IMG/VR virus record: IMGVR_UViG_3300044675_005584
Location: 1-64,000 of that record
Reading direction: 5' to 3' (one strand)
Origin: a virus
DNA length: 64,000 bases
A model generated the notes under the pieces. It was not told the origin of the DNA and did not search any database. It saw only the letters and a list, made by a program, of their open reading frames with translations. Both the position numbers and the translations under genes were made by a program. Below, one piece after another: positions 49,235-58,549 of this stretch. The stretch's first letter is position 1. Every line of letters starts with the position of its first letter.

Positions 49235-50340
49235 GCCAATACAAACAACTAAAAGAATTTTCAGTAGTCTACACCAATCGAAGTCTCAATCACATGAGCG
49301 ACGAATTTGTGGATGTCATGCAAGATATCAGTCGACTGCTTAAAACTGTATACAACACTAGCAGTGCTGTGATAGTGCCAGGATCAGGAACATTTGGTAT
49401 GGAGGCAGTGGCACGTCAGTTTGCCAATCAGGCTCGAGTCTTGATCATACGCAACGGATTTTTCAGCTATCGCTGGACAGAAATATTTGACATGGCGGCA
49501 ATTACCGACGATGTCACCGTGATGAACGGACAGGCCAGCAGTGATCAATACCAGGCACAATATTCACCTCCGCCAATACAAGATGTAGTTGATTGGATAC
49601 AGACCAATAGACCTGCTGTGGTATTTGCACCACATGTGGAAACCAGTGCTGGTATCATTTTGCCCGATGACTATCTGGTCCAGATTGGCCAGGCATGTAG
49701 AGCAGTTGATGCCTTGTTTGTGTTGGACTGTATTGCATCTGGAGCAGCCTGGGTAGACATGTCCGCCTGTGCAGTTGATGTGTTGATTTCAGCACCGCAA
49801 AAAGGCTGGAGTAGCACGCCTTGTTGTGCCTTGGTAGCCATGAATGATCGTGCTAGAACTGTAATCGACAGCACAACCAGCAGTACCTATAGCATGGATC
49901 TCAAAAAATGGCTCACTGTGATGGAAACCTACGAACAAGGTCGATTTATCTATCATACCACCATGGCCACAGATGGCTTGAAGGAACTGCGTGATACCAT
50001 GCTTGAAACTGAACAGTTGGGTTTTGATTTGCTTAAACAGCAACAGTACCAGCTGGGTCAACGCATACACGAACTGTTGCAATCGTATGGATATCCGCGA
50101 GTGGCCGAAGATGCATTCTGCTCCCCTGGTGTGATAGTGTGTTATACTACAGACAGTAACATACAAAACGCCACCAAGTTTCGTGAGCTGGGTTATCAAA
50201 CTGCAGCAGGTGTACCACTCAAGGTAGGCGAGCGTACAGATTTCCAAACATTCCGTATTGGTCTGTTTGGCATAGACAAATGGACAAACATCGATCACAC
50301 GGTCGATAGCCTGAAACAGGCACTGGAACAATTAAAATAA
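49231..50340 (+). CDS. Class V PLP aminotransferase (serine-pyruvate/alanine-glyoxylate-like)
   Basis: PGSGTFGMEA, HVETSAG, LDCIASG, SAPQKGW (PLP lysine), FRIGLFG. Confidence 0.88.
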   Translation: MSQYKQLKEFSVVYTNRSLNHMSDEFVDVMQDISRLLKTVYNTSSAVIVPGSGTFGMEAVARQFANQARVLIIRNGFFSYRWTEIFDMAAITDDVTVMNGQASSDQYQAQYSPPPIQDVVDWIQTNRPAVVFAPHVETSAGIILPDDYLVQIGQACRAVDALFVLDCIASGAAWVDMSACAVDVLISAPQKGWSSTPCCALVAMNDRARTVIDSTTSSTYSMDLKKWLTVMETYEQGRFIYHTTMATDGLKELRDTMLETEQLGFDLLKQQQYQLGQRIHELLQSYGYPRVAEDAFCSPGVIVCYTTDSNIQNATKFRELGYQTAAGVPLKVGERTDFQTFRIGLFGIDKWTNIDHTVDSLKQALEQLK

Positions 50341-50352
50341 GAAAGAAAAATC

Positions 50353-51453
50353 ATGAGCCAAGCACAATACAATTTAAAGACCCCTACGAATTACACACAA
50401 AGAAAAATGTTCCTGGACCCTGCTGGTCCTGTGACCATACAGCGATTTGAAGAAGTCAAATACAACAAGATAGTCAAGTTTGAACAAGAAGCCCGTGGAT
50501 TTTTCTGGGTGCCTGAAGAAGTAAGTCTTACCAAGGATGCCAACGACTTCAAAGAAGCCACTGACACAGTGCGTCATATCTTCACAAGCAATCTGCTAAG
50601 ACAGACAGCTCTTGATAGTTTACAAGGACGTGGACCTACACAGGTGTTTACTCCTGTAGTGTCAATTCCTGAACTAGAATCGCTCATGTTCAATTGGGGT
50701 TTCTTTGAAACCAATATCCATAGTAGAAGCTACAGTCATATCATACGCAACATCTACAATGTGCCTAAGGATGAATTTAATAGGATACACGACATTGAGG
50801 AAATCGTAGGCATGGCAAGTAGTATTGGTCGCTATTATGATCGGCTACACATGATCAACTGCCGCAAAGAACTTGAAGAAGATTTTGATGAGTATGAACA
50901 CATCAAGGCCATCTGGTTGGCACTCAATGCCAGCTACGGTCTTGAAGCATTTAGATTTATGGTGTCATTTGCTACAAGTTTAGCTATGGTAGAGAATCGT
51001 ATTTTCATTGGCAATGGCAACATTATCAGCCTGATTCTACAAGATGAAATCTTGCACAAGGATTGGACAGCCTGGATTATCAATCAAGTGGTCAAGGAAG
51101 ATCCGCGTTTTGCCCAAGCTCGGATTGACTGTGAAGAAGAAGTGTATGAGATGTATGCTGATGTGATCCGCGAAGAAAAAGACTGGGCCACCTACCTGTT
51201 CAAGAAAGGACCTGTGATTGGACTCAATGCCAACATACTCAGAGACTTTGTGGACTTTACCGCAGTGGGTGCCCTGAAAGAAATTGGTATCAAGTATCGT
51301 GGTACTGCACCTCGTAGCACACCAGTTCCGTGGTTCATGAAACACGTGAACACCAGCAACAAACAGACAGCGTTACAAGAGTCAGAAAGCACCAACTATG
51401 TTATTGGTGTCATGTCAGATAGTCTTGACTACGACCAACTGCCTGCGTTATAA
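50353..51453 (+). CDS. nrdB: Ribonucleotide reductase class Ia beta subunit
   Basis: FFWVPEEV, DSLQGR, ETNIHSRSY, LEAFRF, DEILH, ALQESE..NY. Confidence 0.95.
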   Translation: MSQAQYNLKTPTNYTQRKMFLDPAGPVTIQRFEEVKYNKIVKFEQEARGFFWVPEEVSLTKDANDFKEATDTVRHIFTSNLLRQTALDSLQGRGPTQVFTPVVSIPELESLMFNWGFFETNIHSRSYSHIIRNIYNVPKDEFNRIHDIEEIVGMASSIGRYYDRLHMINCRKELEEDFDEYEHIKAIWLALNASYGLEAFRFMVSFATSLAMVENRIFIGNGNIISLILQDEILHKDWTAWIINQVVKEDPRFAQARIDCEEEVYEMYADVIREEKDWATYLFKKGPVIGLNANILRDFVDFTAVGALKEIGIKYRGTAPRSTPVPWFMKHVNTSNKQTALQESESTNYVIGVMSDSLDYDQLPAL

Positions 51454-51472
51454 TTAAAAGAAGGAGAATTTT

Positions 51473-51694
51473 ATGAAAGCCATAGTTTGGAGCAAGTACC
51501 ATTGCCCTTATTGTGATCAGGCCCGAGCATTACTGACACAACACGGTATTGAGTTTGAAGAACGCAAGATCGGAGATGGCTATACCCGTGAAGATTTATT
51601 GGCTGCTGTGCCCACAGCAAGAACCGTGCCACAGATATTCTTGGATGATGTGTTAATCGGTGGATTTACAGAATTACGAGATCATTTACAATAG
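51473..51694 (+). CDS. Glutaredoxin
   Basis: CPYC, TVPQIF, IGGF. Confidence 0.93.
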   Translation: MKAIVWSKYHCPYCDQARALLTQHGIEFEERKIGDGYTREDLLAAVPTARTVPQIFLDDVLIGGFTELRDHLQ

Positions 51695-51701
51695 GAACCC
51701 A

Positions 51702-52001
51702 ATGACAATAGAATTAGACCGAGTATACACAATCAAGATCGCCAACGGCGATGAAATAGTTGCTAAAATCACAGCAGAAGACGATGCCACATATACTGCC
51801 CTTAAACCCTTGACAGTAGTGCCCAGCCAACAAGGTATACAGATGATCATAAGCCTGTTTACCGCAGATCCTGAGAAATCTATCACTATAAATAAAGCAC
51901 AAGTATCAATTATTGCTGCCAGTAGACTGGAAGTATGCGATAGTTATCTTGAAGCAACAACTGGTATCAAACCAGTTCGCAATAAAATTTTAATGGGCTA
52001 A
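51702..52001 (+). CDS. Small Sm-like/beta-barrel hypothetical protein
   Basis: IKIANGDEIVAK...Y...TTGI; start reassigned to ATG 51702. Confidence 0.55.
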   Translation: MTIELDRVYTIKIANGDEIVAKITAEDDATYTALKPLTVVPSQQGIQMIISLFTADPEKSITINKAQVSIIAASRLEVCDSYLEATTGIKPVRNKILMG

Positions 52002-52003
52002 AC

Positions 52004-52294
52004 GTGGGCAAGGCAGTTATGCGAGTAGGAGATCCAAACGCAGCAGGTGGAGTGATATTGCAGGGTGATTCCTCTGTGCTGGTAAATGGTCGTGCGATAG
52101 CATTCACAAATAGTCCGGTAAGTCCCCATCCTCCATGTGGACGCAAGGGCGGACAAGCACATTGTTCGGCTCGCACATCCGGCACTGGTTCACCCAATAT
52201 CATGGTCAACGGCAAGCCAGTGTTGCTGGCAGACAGCACTGACACTTGCGGACACAAACGCTCAAGTGGATCAAACAATGTTTCAGCAGGATAA
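52004..52294 (+). CDS. PAAR-repeat baseplate spike tip protein
   Basis: AVMRVGD, VLVNGRAIA, H...H/C, MVNGKPV, DTCGH. Confidence 0.85.
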   Translation: MGKAVMRVGDPNAAGGVILQGDSSVLVNGRAIAFTNSPVSPHPPCGRKGGQAHCSARTSGTGSPNIMVNGKPVLLADSTDTCGHKRSSGSNNVSAG

Positions 52295-52297
52295 TTA

Positions 52298-53290
52298 ATG
52301 GCAGCTAGTTTTCTTACTGCACTTCAACTCAATGCCGGAGCTGGTCTGTTGCAAAATACAGGGCTTGCAGCCAACACTGACTTGACCAACAATATCAACA
52401 GCTATAATGCACTGCCCTTGATTGCGCCGTACCTGATCACACTGGCCAACAGTGCCGCAGCCAATTTGTCCAATACCACTGTGGCCACGTTGAAAACCCT
52501 TGCATCTAATACCTGTCCGGCCTTGGCCGATTCGGTACCAGTTGGCTATGCTACACTGATTGTGACCAATACTCTTTTTACTGGCCTGCTCAGCACTACG
52601 GCTGCAACCTATATGGGCAATGGCGACCTGACTAAATTTGCACAGGCTCTGAGTCAGGCTCAAAGCTATGCTGACCAAACCAGTGTGTTTATCAATTCGG
52701 CCATCAACAGTCAAACTTATCTGGCCGATACCTTTACCGGCATGAATGACATGATAACTGGAGGTATCACCCAGGTCAGTTTGGCCACATCTGCATTGGG
52801 TACTGATTTGTCCAATCTTGGACGGCTAGTGAATTTGGCCTTGCTAGATGATTTTGGTAGTCCGCTTGGCCTGATACAGCAGATCTACACTGTGACTGGC
52901 GCTATACCCAGTGTTAGCATAGCCTTTATCAGTGCTGGAGTTCCTGTAGATGTTGTGTTGTCATTGAATAGACCAGCCATAAGTGTGACAGATGCAGTAC
53001 AACGGCTAATGTACGAAGCAATGAGCGAAATTACTGGATCAGCCCTGCAACAAATTTTGAGCGTGATGCAAGTGAGCACACCTGGTATAAACACCATGGC
53101 TGACCTGTTGAATCCGTTACGGCTGTTTCCACTCAGTTATCAAACGCTGACTGTGCCTACCAAGTTTGGCAAGCGAGCAATTTATCTTAATGCATCAGGA
53201 AGCGTGAATCAGAATCTTGCTACAGAATTACCCAACTATGTGATCAATGGTTCAAACACTGAGCTGGGCAATCAAGGAACCAACGCATGA
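52298..53290 (+). CDS. Putative baseplate/tail structural protein
   Basis: Ala/Thr/Leu-rich 330 aa following PAAR. Confidence 0.5.
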   Translation: MAASFLTALQLNAGAGLLQNTGLAANTDLTNNINSYNALPLIAPYLITLANSAAANLSNTTVATLKTLASNTCPALADSVPVGYATLIVTNTLFTGLLSTTAATYMGNGDLTKFAQALSQAQSYADQTSVFINSAINSQTYLADTFTGMNDMITGGITQVSLATSALGTDLSNLGRLVNLALLDDFGSPLGLIQQIYTVTGAIPSVSIAFISAGVPVDVVLSLNRPAISVTDAVQRLMYEAMSEITGSALQQILSVMQVSTPGINTMADLLNPLRLFPLSYQTLTVPTKFGKRAIYLNASGSVNQNLATELPNYVINGSNTELGNQGTNA

Positions 53291-54222
53291 TACCTTACAA
53301 CCGACTGAGAGAAATTGTACCCAGCGATCAGGCTTTGGCTGCCAAGGCAGTCAGTGTGAGCCTACAACAGATTTCGGGCATATCACTTCTGCGTCTGGCT
53401 GATCTAGCACAGGCAGTCACGCCACAAGAGACCACACGCAACTTGGCTGAGATCACTGCATTGACCACAGCAGTACCGGCCAGTGTGGCCAATTATTATA
53501 CCACTACCCTGGCCACAGGTACAGGGCCAAATGGCACAATACTGGTGGTGGACATACTGGGCACAGCCGCAGGCTATGTCAGTGCCGGAGCCATGGCCAA
53601 CACCATCAGTAACCTGGCCAGTGTCAATGTCACGGCCTTGACTTCAACCTATACAACCATGGCCAATGTGGTCAACGGTGTATATGGAGATCCCACTGTG
53701 GGACCGGTAATTATTCCCAGTGGGCCTTACGCAAATACCTACACTGATGCAAACGAAGCATTTGCCAATGCCCTGATTCCGGGAGCGCAAAGTGAAATCA
53801 CCACAGTCATATCCGGGTATCCCACCTACACTGCCAATCTCAATGCCAACTGGACAAATATGGCCAATCAATTGGTTCTGGAACAAACCACTCAGGCTTC
53901 AGCAGATATAATTTTTGCCAATCTAGTACCCAACAGCACCACGTCCATGTATGCATTTATTTTTGGATTGCCTGGTGCAGGACTACAGACCGAAAATGGG
54001 GGACAGGTGCAAATGATTGAATCTGTAGCCGATACCAACACATTTACCGGCCAGGCCGTGATTGCCAGCCTACGTCAAGGAAAAAATCAGCCATTTTTAC
54101 AAGCTGTGGGTATCGAAACCAACAACGATGTTCCGTCGGATCCTGTTCCATTGCCACCAACTGCCAATTTAATACCCAGCACATACACAGCCGCAGAAGC
54201 TGCTGCGCTGGTCGTCAGATAA
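53287..54222 (+). CDS. Putative baseplate/tail structural protein
   Basis: Ala/Thr-rich 311 aa, coupled to previous gene. Confidence 0.5.
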   Translation: MIPYNRLREIVPSDQALAAKAVSVSLQQISGISLLRLADLAQAVTPQETTRNLAEITALTTAVPASVANYYTTTLATGTGPNGTILVVDILGTAAGYVSAGAMANTISNLASVNVTALTSTYTTMANVVNGVYGDPTVGPVIIPSGPYANTYTDANEAFANALIPGAQSEITTVISGYPTYTANLNANWTNMANQLVLEQTTQASADIIFANLVPNSTTSMYAFIFGLPGAGLQTENGGQVQMIESVADTNTFTGQAVIASLRQGKNQPFLQAVGIETNNDVPSDPVPLPPTANLIPSTYTAAEAAALVVR

Positions 54223-54247
54223 TCCAGTTGTGCTGTCCTAGACAAGG

Positions 54248-54276
54248 TTGACCCAAAATTGATTTACAGCTATAAT
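54248..54276 (+). promoter_or_regulatory. Sigma70-type early promoter
   Basis: TTGACC-N17-TATAAT. Confidence 0.8.
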
Positions 54277-54306
54277 AGTCATTATAGTTAAATTTTAGGA
54301 GTCTGT

Positions 54307-55680
54307 ATGTTTGGGAACACACACATAATCCATGCAGTTAGTCTGGCCTGCACCTTGATCTTGGTTGCGTGTGGGGCCGGTGGAGGTGGTCCCGGCACTC
54401 CTGGTGCCGCCAACAACGCAATTCCTACTGTTGTCCAGGCGGCCACTTTTCTTGGTACCAAGACATCTGCTGGATCATTTGCATATTACCAAGATGGAAG
54501 TACAAGCAATCCAGTCAGTTATATGTACTCCCGGGATATTAACAATGATGGCGTAGACGAAGTTTTCTTTGTGGCATTTGAAACACAACCCAACACACAG
54601 GCCAACTATAGTAATACTTCAATACATATTTTTGGTTGGGAAAACAGTGTTTTCAAAGAAATAACTTCTACCTGGCTTCCTGGAACTAGCAATCAAGTGG
54701 AAGGAGTAGGAGATTTGGTATTTGGCGACTTCAACGGCGATGGCAAGATTGATGTGTTTTTGTCTGCGTACACAGACATGGACTTTGATACAAATGCCTA
54801 TGCCCTCATGAACACTGGTAGTTCGTTCACTAGAGTATCGCTTGGTCTTGCGAGATGGCAACATGGAGTGGCATCAGCTGACGTCAATCGTGACGGATTT
54901 GACGATGTGATTGTTGCAGGTTACGCTAATTTTCCACAATACATGGGTTCTGCTACAGGACTTGTACAGTATTCTGGAATGATTGGTAGCTCGGGTGTTG
55001 CGGTAGGAGATTTCCTAGGTACTGGTACAGCACAGGCGGTATTTGTGGATGCTAGTTCTAACGGTGGAGCCGATTCTTTCATTTATACCATGACCATAAA
55101 CAATGTGGCTAAACAGATCACGTTTACAAAAACCGTGACCCTACCGGCTCCAAGACTGGTTGCAACCGAAGATAGTACCAATCGCAGTCATGACATCCGA
55201 GCAAGAGCCGTTGATTTTGATTCAGACGGACGTTTGGATATTGTGATTTTCAGTTACAAGTCAAACATGGTCAGAGGCTTGACCGAAACCGAATACAAGA
55301 GCGAAATACAATTCTTACGCAATATGGGCAATGGAGTATTTGTTGATGTAACAGACACAGTCAGATCTGGATATGACACCACTGGATATCCCGGATACTA
55401 TCCAGTGTTCCAAGATTTCAATGGCGATGGACGACTGGATTTGTTCCTGAGCCAACCTGATTATTTTCCAAGTAGAACTCACAAATCAACTACTCTGTTG
55501 ATACAACAGGCCAACGGCACATACAAAGATACTGGCAAGAGTGATTTTGCTAATGCTGTGGGGTATGGTGGGCAAGGATTGTTGGCAAAAGGTCCAGCAG
55601 GGAAGACCTATTTGGTCACAGAATCAGCTTGGGCTAGGACCAGTTTCACCACAGTTTATATACAACCAGTTAATTTTTAA
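54307..55680 (+). CDS. FG-GAP/VCBS-repeat beta-propeller lipoprotein
   Basis: Lipobox LVAC; repeats DINNDGVDE, DFNGDGKID, DVNRDGFDD, DFDSDGRLD, DFNGDGRLD. Confidence 0.8.
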   Translation: MFGNTHIIHAVSLACTLILVACGAGGGGPGTPGAANNAIPTVVQAATFLGTKTSAGSFAYYQDGSTSNPVSYMYSRDINNDGVDEVFFVAFETQPNTQANYSNTSIHIFGWENSVFKEITSTWLPGTSNQVEGVGDLVFGDFNGDGKIDVFLSAYTDMDFDTNAYALMNTGSSFTRVSLGLARWQHGVASADVNRDGFDDVIVAGYANFPQYMGSATGLVQYSGMIGSSGVAVGDFLGTGTAQAVFVDASSNGGADSFIYTMTINNVAKQITFTKTVTLPAPRLVATEDSTNRSHDIRARAVDFDSDGRLDIVIFSYKSNMVRGLTETEYKSEIQFLRNMGNGVFVDVTDTVRSGYDTTGYPGYYPVFQDFNGDGRLDLFLSQPDYFPSRTHKSTTLLIQQANGTYKDTGKSDFANAVGYGGQGLLAKGPAGKTYLVTESAWARTSFTTVYIQPVNF

Positions 55681-55681
55681 C

Positions 55682-55765
55682 TGTTGTTTAAAAACAACAC
55701 TTGATTGTGGCGTAAAAACAACACCTAAAACACCGGTTGACCAAAAACACCATTTCGGCTATAAT
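55682..55765 (+). promoter_or_regulatory. Two TGT(T/G)G-N8-CAACA boxes plus early promoter
   Basis: Boxes at 55682-55699 and 55706-55723; TTGACC (55737)-N17-TATAAT (55760). Confidence 0.75.
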
Positions 55766-55795
55766 AGTAGTATAGTAACTAATAAGGAGCCGAAT

Positions 55796-56107
55796 ATGTC
55801 AGTAATAGAATTCTACAAACAGCATGCCAAAAGGATCAGTCTCGAGGACGCAGTTGCCTGGATTGAGGCGTCACGTAGGGCCTACAACAAGGGTTCAGGA
55901 GAACGAGTTACCTTTGCAGGAATGTTGGCTATCATCGACGAGGATCAAGGGGCCACCGGTCCCAACGATTGGGCCGCGGCATTGGCTGTACACAAACACC
56001 TGGACCGCGAACTAAAGACACAGCGTAAATTGTTGTTGCAAAATTTGCAACAAGGAGCCAATTCTGTGAAGGTTGCCAAACTTATAAAAGAAGATGATTG
56101 GGAATAA
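55796..56107 (+). CDS. Hypothetical early protein
   Basis: AAGGAG RBS; start reassigned to ATG 55796. Confidence 0.65.
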   Translation: MSVIEFYKQHAKRISLEDAVAWIEASRRAYNKGSGERVTFAGMLAIIDEDQGATGPNDWAAALAVHKHLDRELKTQRKLLLQNLQQGANSVKVAKLIKEDDWE

Positions 56108-56110
56108 GTG

Positions 56111-56140
56111 GTTGACCCGAAATGGGTCAACTGTTATAAT
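56111..56140 (+). promoter_or_regulatory. Early promoter whose -35 lies in a palindrome
   Basis: GTTGACCC-gaaat-GGGTCAAC; TTGACC-N17-TATAAT. Confidence 0.75.
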
Positions 56141-56169
56141 ATATGTATAGTAAATAAAAAGGAATTGAA

Positions 56170-56274
56170 ATGTTTAGAAATATAAATGATATAGTGTTTA
56201 CAGTATTTGCAGTATTGGCCGGAATCACAGTTGGTCTTACTATTGCAGAATTAATTACTGGAGTTTGTCGATAA
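56170..56274 (+). CDS. 34-aa single-TM peptide (not in ORF track)
   Basis: AAGGAA RBS; MFRNINDIVFTVFAVLAGITVGLTIAELITGVCR. Confidence 0.55.
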   Translation: MFRNINDIVFTVFAVLAGITVGLTIAELITGVCR

Positions 56275-56408
56275 TATCCAGGCTGTAATGGGGCCAGTGC
56301 GGTCCTTGGAGAGCCTTGATACTCCAAAATAAAATGCGAGTTAATTTTTGCTGGTGGTTGCAACTTTAAAAACTAAAACCAGCACTTATACAACAACCAG
56401 GAGTGGCA

Positions 56409-56597
56409 ATGGAAAATGAACCGTTTAAAAAATATAATCTAATACGCCAAACAATCAGCCGTGACCAGATTGTGGATTTTGTAAATGAATTACATCGGGT
56501 GCAACATGACATGATTGAAATGTTGGTCGCCAGTAAAGAACGTCAAGGCTTTCCAGAAGCTGTGACATTGATCAAACACATACAAGGATTAAAATAA
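56409..56597 (+). CDS. Hypothetical protein
   Basis: AGGAG RBS then ATG 56409. Confidence 0.55.
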   Translation: MENEPFKKYNLIRQTISRDQIVDFVNELHRVQHDMIEMLVASKERQGFPEAVTLIKHIQGLK

Positions 56598-57049
56598 TGG
56601 GATTAGACATGTATGCTTATACCGCGGGTCGCAACGGACAATACAGCGACTGGTGGGCGGATGCTGAACTGGATGAACACAAAAAGCAGTTTGTCAATCC
56701 CAAAATAACCAAGCCTGTGGAAATAGCCTACTGGCGTAAGCATCCAAACCTACATGGATGGATGGAACAGTTATGGCGCGATCGGCAATACCAAACCCAG
56801 CCCGCTGACGCCATGGAAGTAGTAGACCCAGAGTCGGATACGTTTAACAACGTAGAACTTGAACTCACACGAGAAGACATCGACCAACTGGAACAATGTA
56901 TACTTGAAAATCAGTTACCAGTTACCCGTGGATTCTTCTTTGGAGATGACAGTGGCGACTACTACCGCGAACAAGATTTACGATTTATTACCGAAGCCCG
57001 TGCAAACCTGTTTCTAGGTCTGCGTGTATTTTACAACTCCAGCTGGTAG
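56597..57049 (+). CDS. Conserved phage hypothetical protein
   Basis: MGLDMY...YWRKHPNLHGWM...GFFFG...YNSSW family pattern. Confidence 0.7.
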   Translation: MGLDMYAYTAGRNGQYSDWWADAELDEHKKQFVNPKITKPVEIAYWRKHPNLHGWMEQLWRDRQYQTQPADAMEVVDPESDTFNNVELELTREDIDQLEQCILENQLPVTRGFFFGDDSGDYYREQDLRFITEARANLFLGLRVFYNSSW

Positions 57050-57054
57050 TAAAT

Positions 57055-58437
57055 ATGACAATGACAACAGATTTTACGTCAGAACAATTTAACGAGATCA
57101 AAGTGGCCGCAGACTGGATAAGAGACTTGGAAAGTAGCGATAGCCGATTACACAAAGAATCAGTGATTGAAAAGGCCTTGATGGCTGCCAAGTTAGGATC
57201 AGCCAATGCCCAATGCTTCTTGTTCAACTGCTATCAAACATACAACCCCTACTATGTGTTCGGTGTCAAGAAAGTGCCTGAGACTACTGGATTAGAAAAT
57301 TGTCCTAACCCATGGCCCAAGTTCTGGGCTATGTTGGAAGGTCTCCGTACTAGAAGCCTTACCGGACACAACGCCAAGACAGCCATTGAGGTCATGAGCC
57401 AACAGTTTGACAGTGTAGAATGGAACAACCTGTGCCGTAGAGTAATCATCAAAGACCTACGCTGTGGCATCAGTGAAAAGACTCTTAACAAGGTGCTGGG
57501 TAATACCGAATGGAAGATTCCAGTATTCACTTGCCAGTTGGCCACAGACAGCGAAAAGCACGTGGCCAAGATGACCGGAATCAAGCGACTTGAACAGAAG
57601 CTGGATGGAGTGCGTGTGCTGGCCGTTGTGACCAAGACCACAGTGAATCTATACAGTCGTAATGGCAAACCGTTTGATAACTTTCCACAGATTGTGAAAT
57701 CACTTGAAGATATCAAAAACAAGTTTGCCAAACTACTACAGGCCTACCCAAGAGGGATTGTGTTGGATGGTGAAATTATTGGAGAAAGTTTCCAAGCTCT
57801 AATGAAACAGGCACAACGCAAGACCGATGTTCAAACAGATGGCATGACTTATAGTGTGTTTGATATCATACCATTGGTGGACTTTGAACGTGGTTACTGG
57901 AATGCTCAACAACACAAACGTCTCCATCAATTAGAAGAATATCGTGCAGTATTTGAGATGACTGATTGCGTTCGTATCATGGATGGTATTGATGTGGACT
58001 TGGACACAGCCGAAGGGCATGATATCCTTAGACGCTATGCAGAGGACGCAGTCGCAGCCGGATTCGAAGGCATCATGATTAAAGATCTGGATGCGCCATA
58101 CGAGTGTAAGCGTAGCACTTTTTGGATGAAATGGAAGCCAGTTATAACAGTAGACTTAAATATTGTTGGATTCGAACAAGGCACTGGTCGTAATCTTGGT
58201 AGGTTGGGTGCCATAATATGTGAAGGAGTAGACAATGAGCGTAATATTTTTGTTAATGTGGGCAGTGGCCTTTCCGATGCTAATCGTGATGAATATTGGA
58301 GTGCCCGAGATGACTTACTTGGCCGAGTGGTTGAGGTGGCGGCAGATGCTGTCACACAAAATCAAGACGGAACTTACAGTCTAAGATTTCCAAGATTCTT
58401 GAGATTTCGCGGATTTGAACCTGGAGAAAAATTATGA
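57055..58437 (+). CDS. ATP-dependent DNA ligase
   Basis: EQKLDGVR (motif I), LDGEI, FDII, EGIMIK, WMKWKP, SLRFPRF. Confidence 0.93.
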   Translation: MTMTTDFTSEQFNEIKVAADWIRDLESSDSRLHKESVIEKALMAAKLGSANAQCFLFNCYQTYNPYYVFGVKKVPETTGLENCPNPWPKFWAMLEGLRTRSLTGHNAKTAIEVMSQQFDSVEWNNLCRRVIIKDLRCGISEKTLNKVLGNTEWKIPVFTCQLATDSEKHVAKMTGIKRLEQKLDGVRVLAVVTKTTVNLYSRNGKPFDNFPQIVKSLEDIKNKFAKLLQAYPRGIVLDGEIIGESFQALMKQAQRKTDVQTDGMTYSVFDIIPLVDFERGYWNAQQHKRLHQLEEYRAVFEMTDCVRIMDGIDVDLDTAEGHDILRRYAEDAVAAGFEGIMIKDLDAPYECKRSTFWMKWKPVITVDLNIVGFEQGTGRNLGRLGAIICEGVDNERNIFVNVGSGLSDANRDEYWSARDDLLGRVVEVAADAVTQNQDGTYSLRFPRFLRFRGFEPGEKL

Positions 58438-58523
58438 TACACTACCGGGAATGGATACCCTACATCAAGTGGCGCATACAAAAATGGCTCAAAGCCATTG
58501 ACAGCAAGAAAAAATTCATGTAA
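58434..58523 (+). CDS. 29-aa basic amphipathic peptide (not in ORF track)
   Basis: GGAG RBS, ATGA overlap with ligase stop; MIHYREWIPYIKWRIQKWLKAIDSKKKFM. Confidence 0.4.
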   Translation: MIHYREWIPYIKWRIQKWLKAIDSKKKFM

Positions 58524-58549
58524 AATACACAGTATATCAGGAGAAGATC

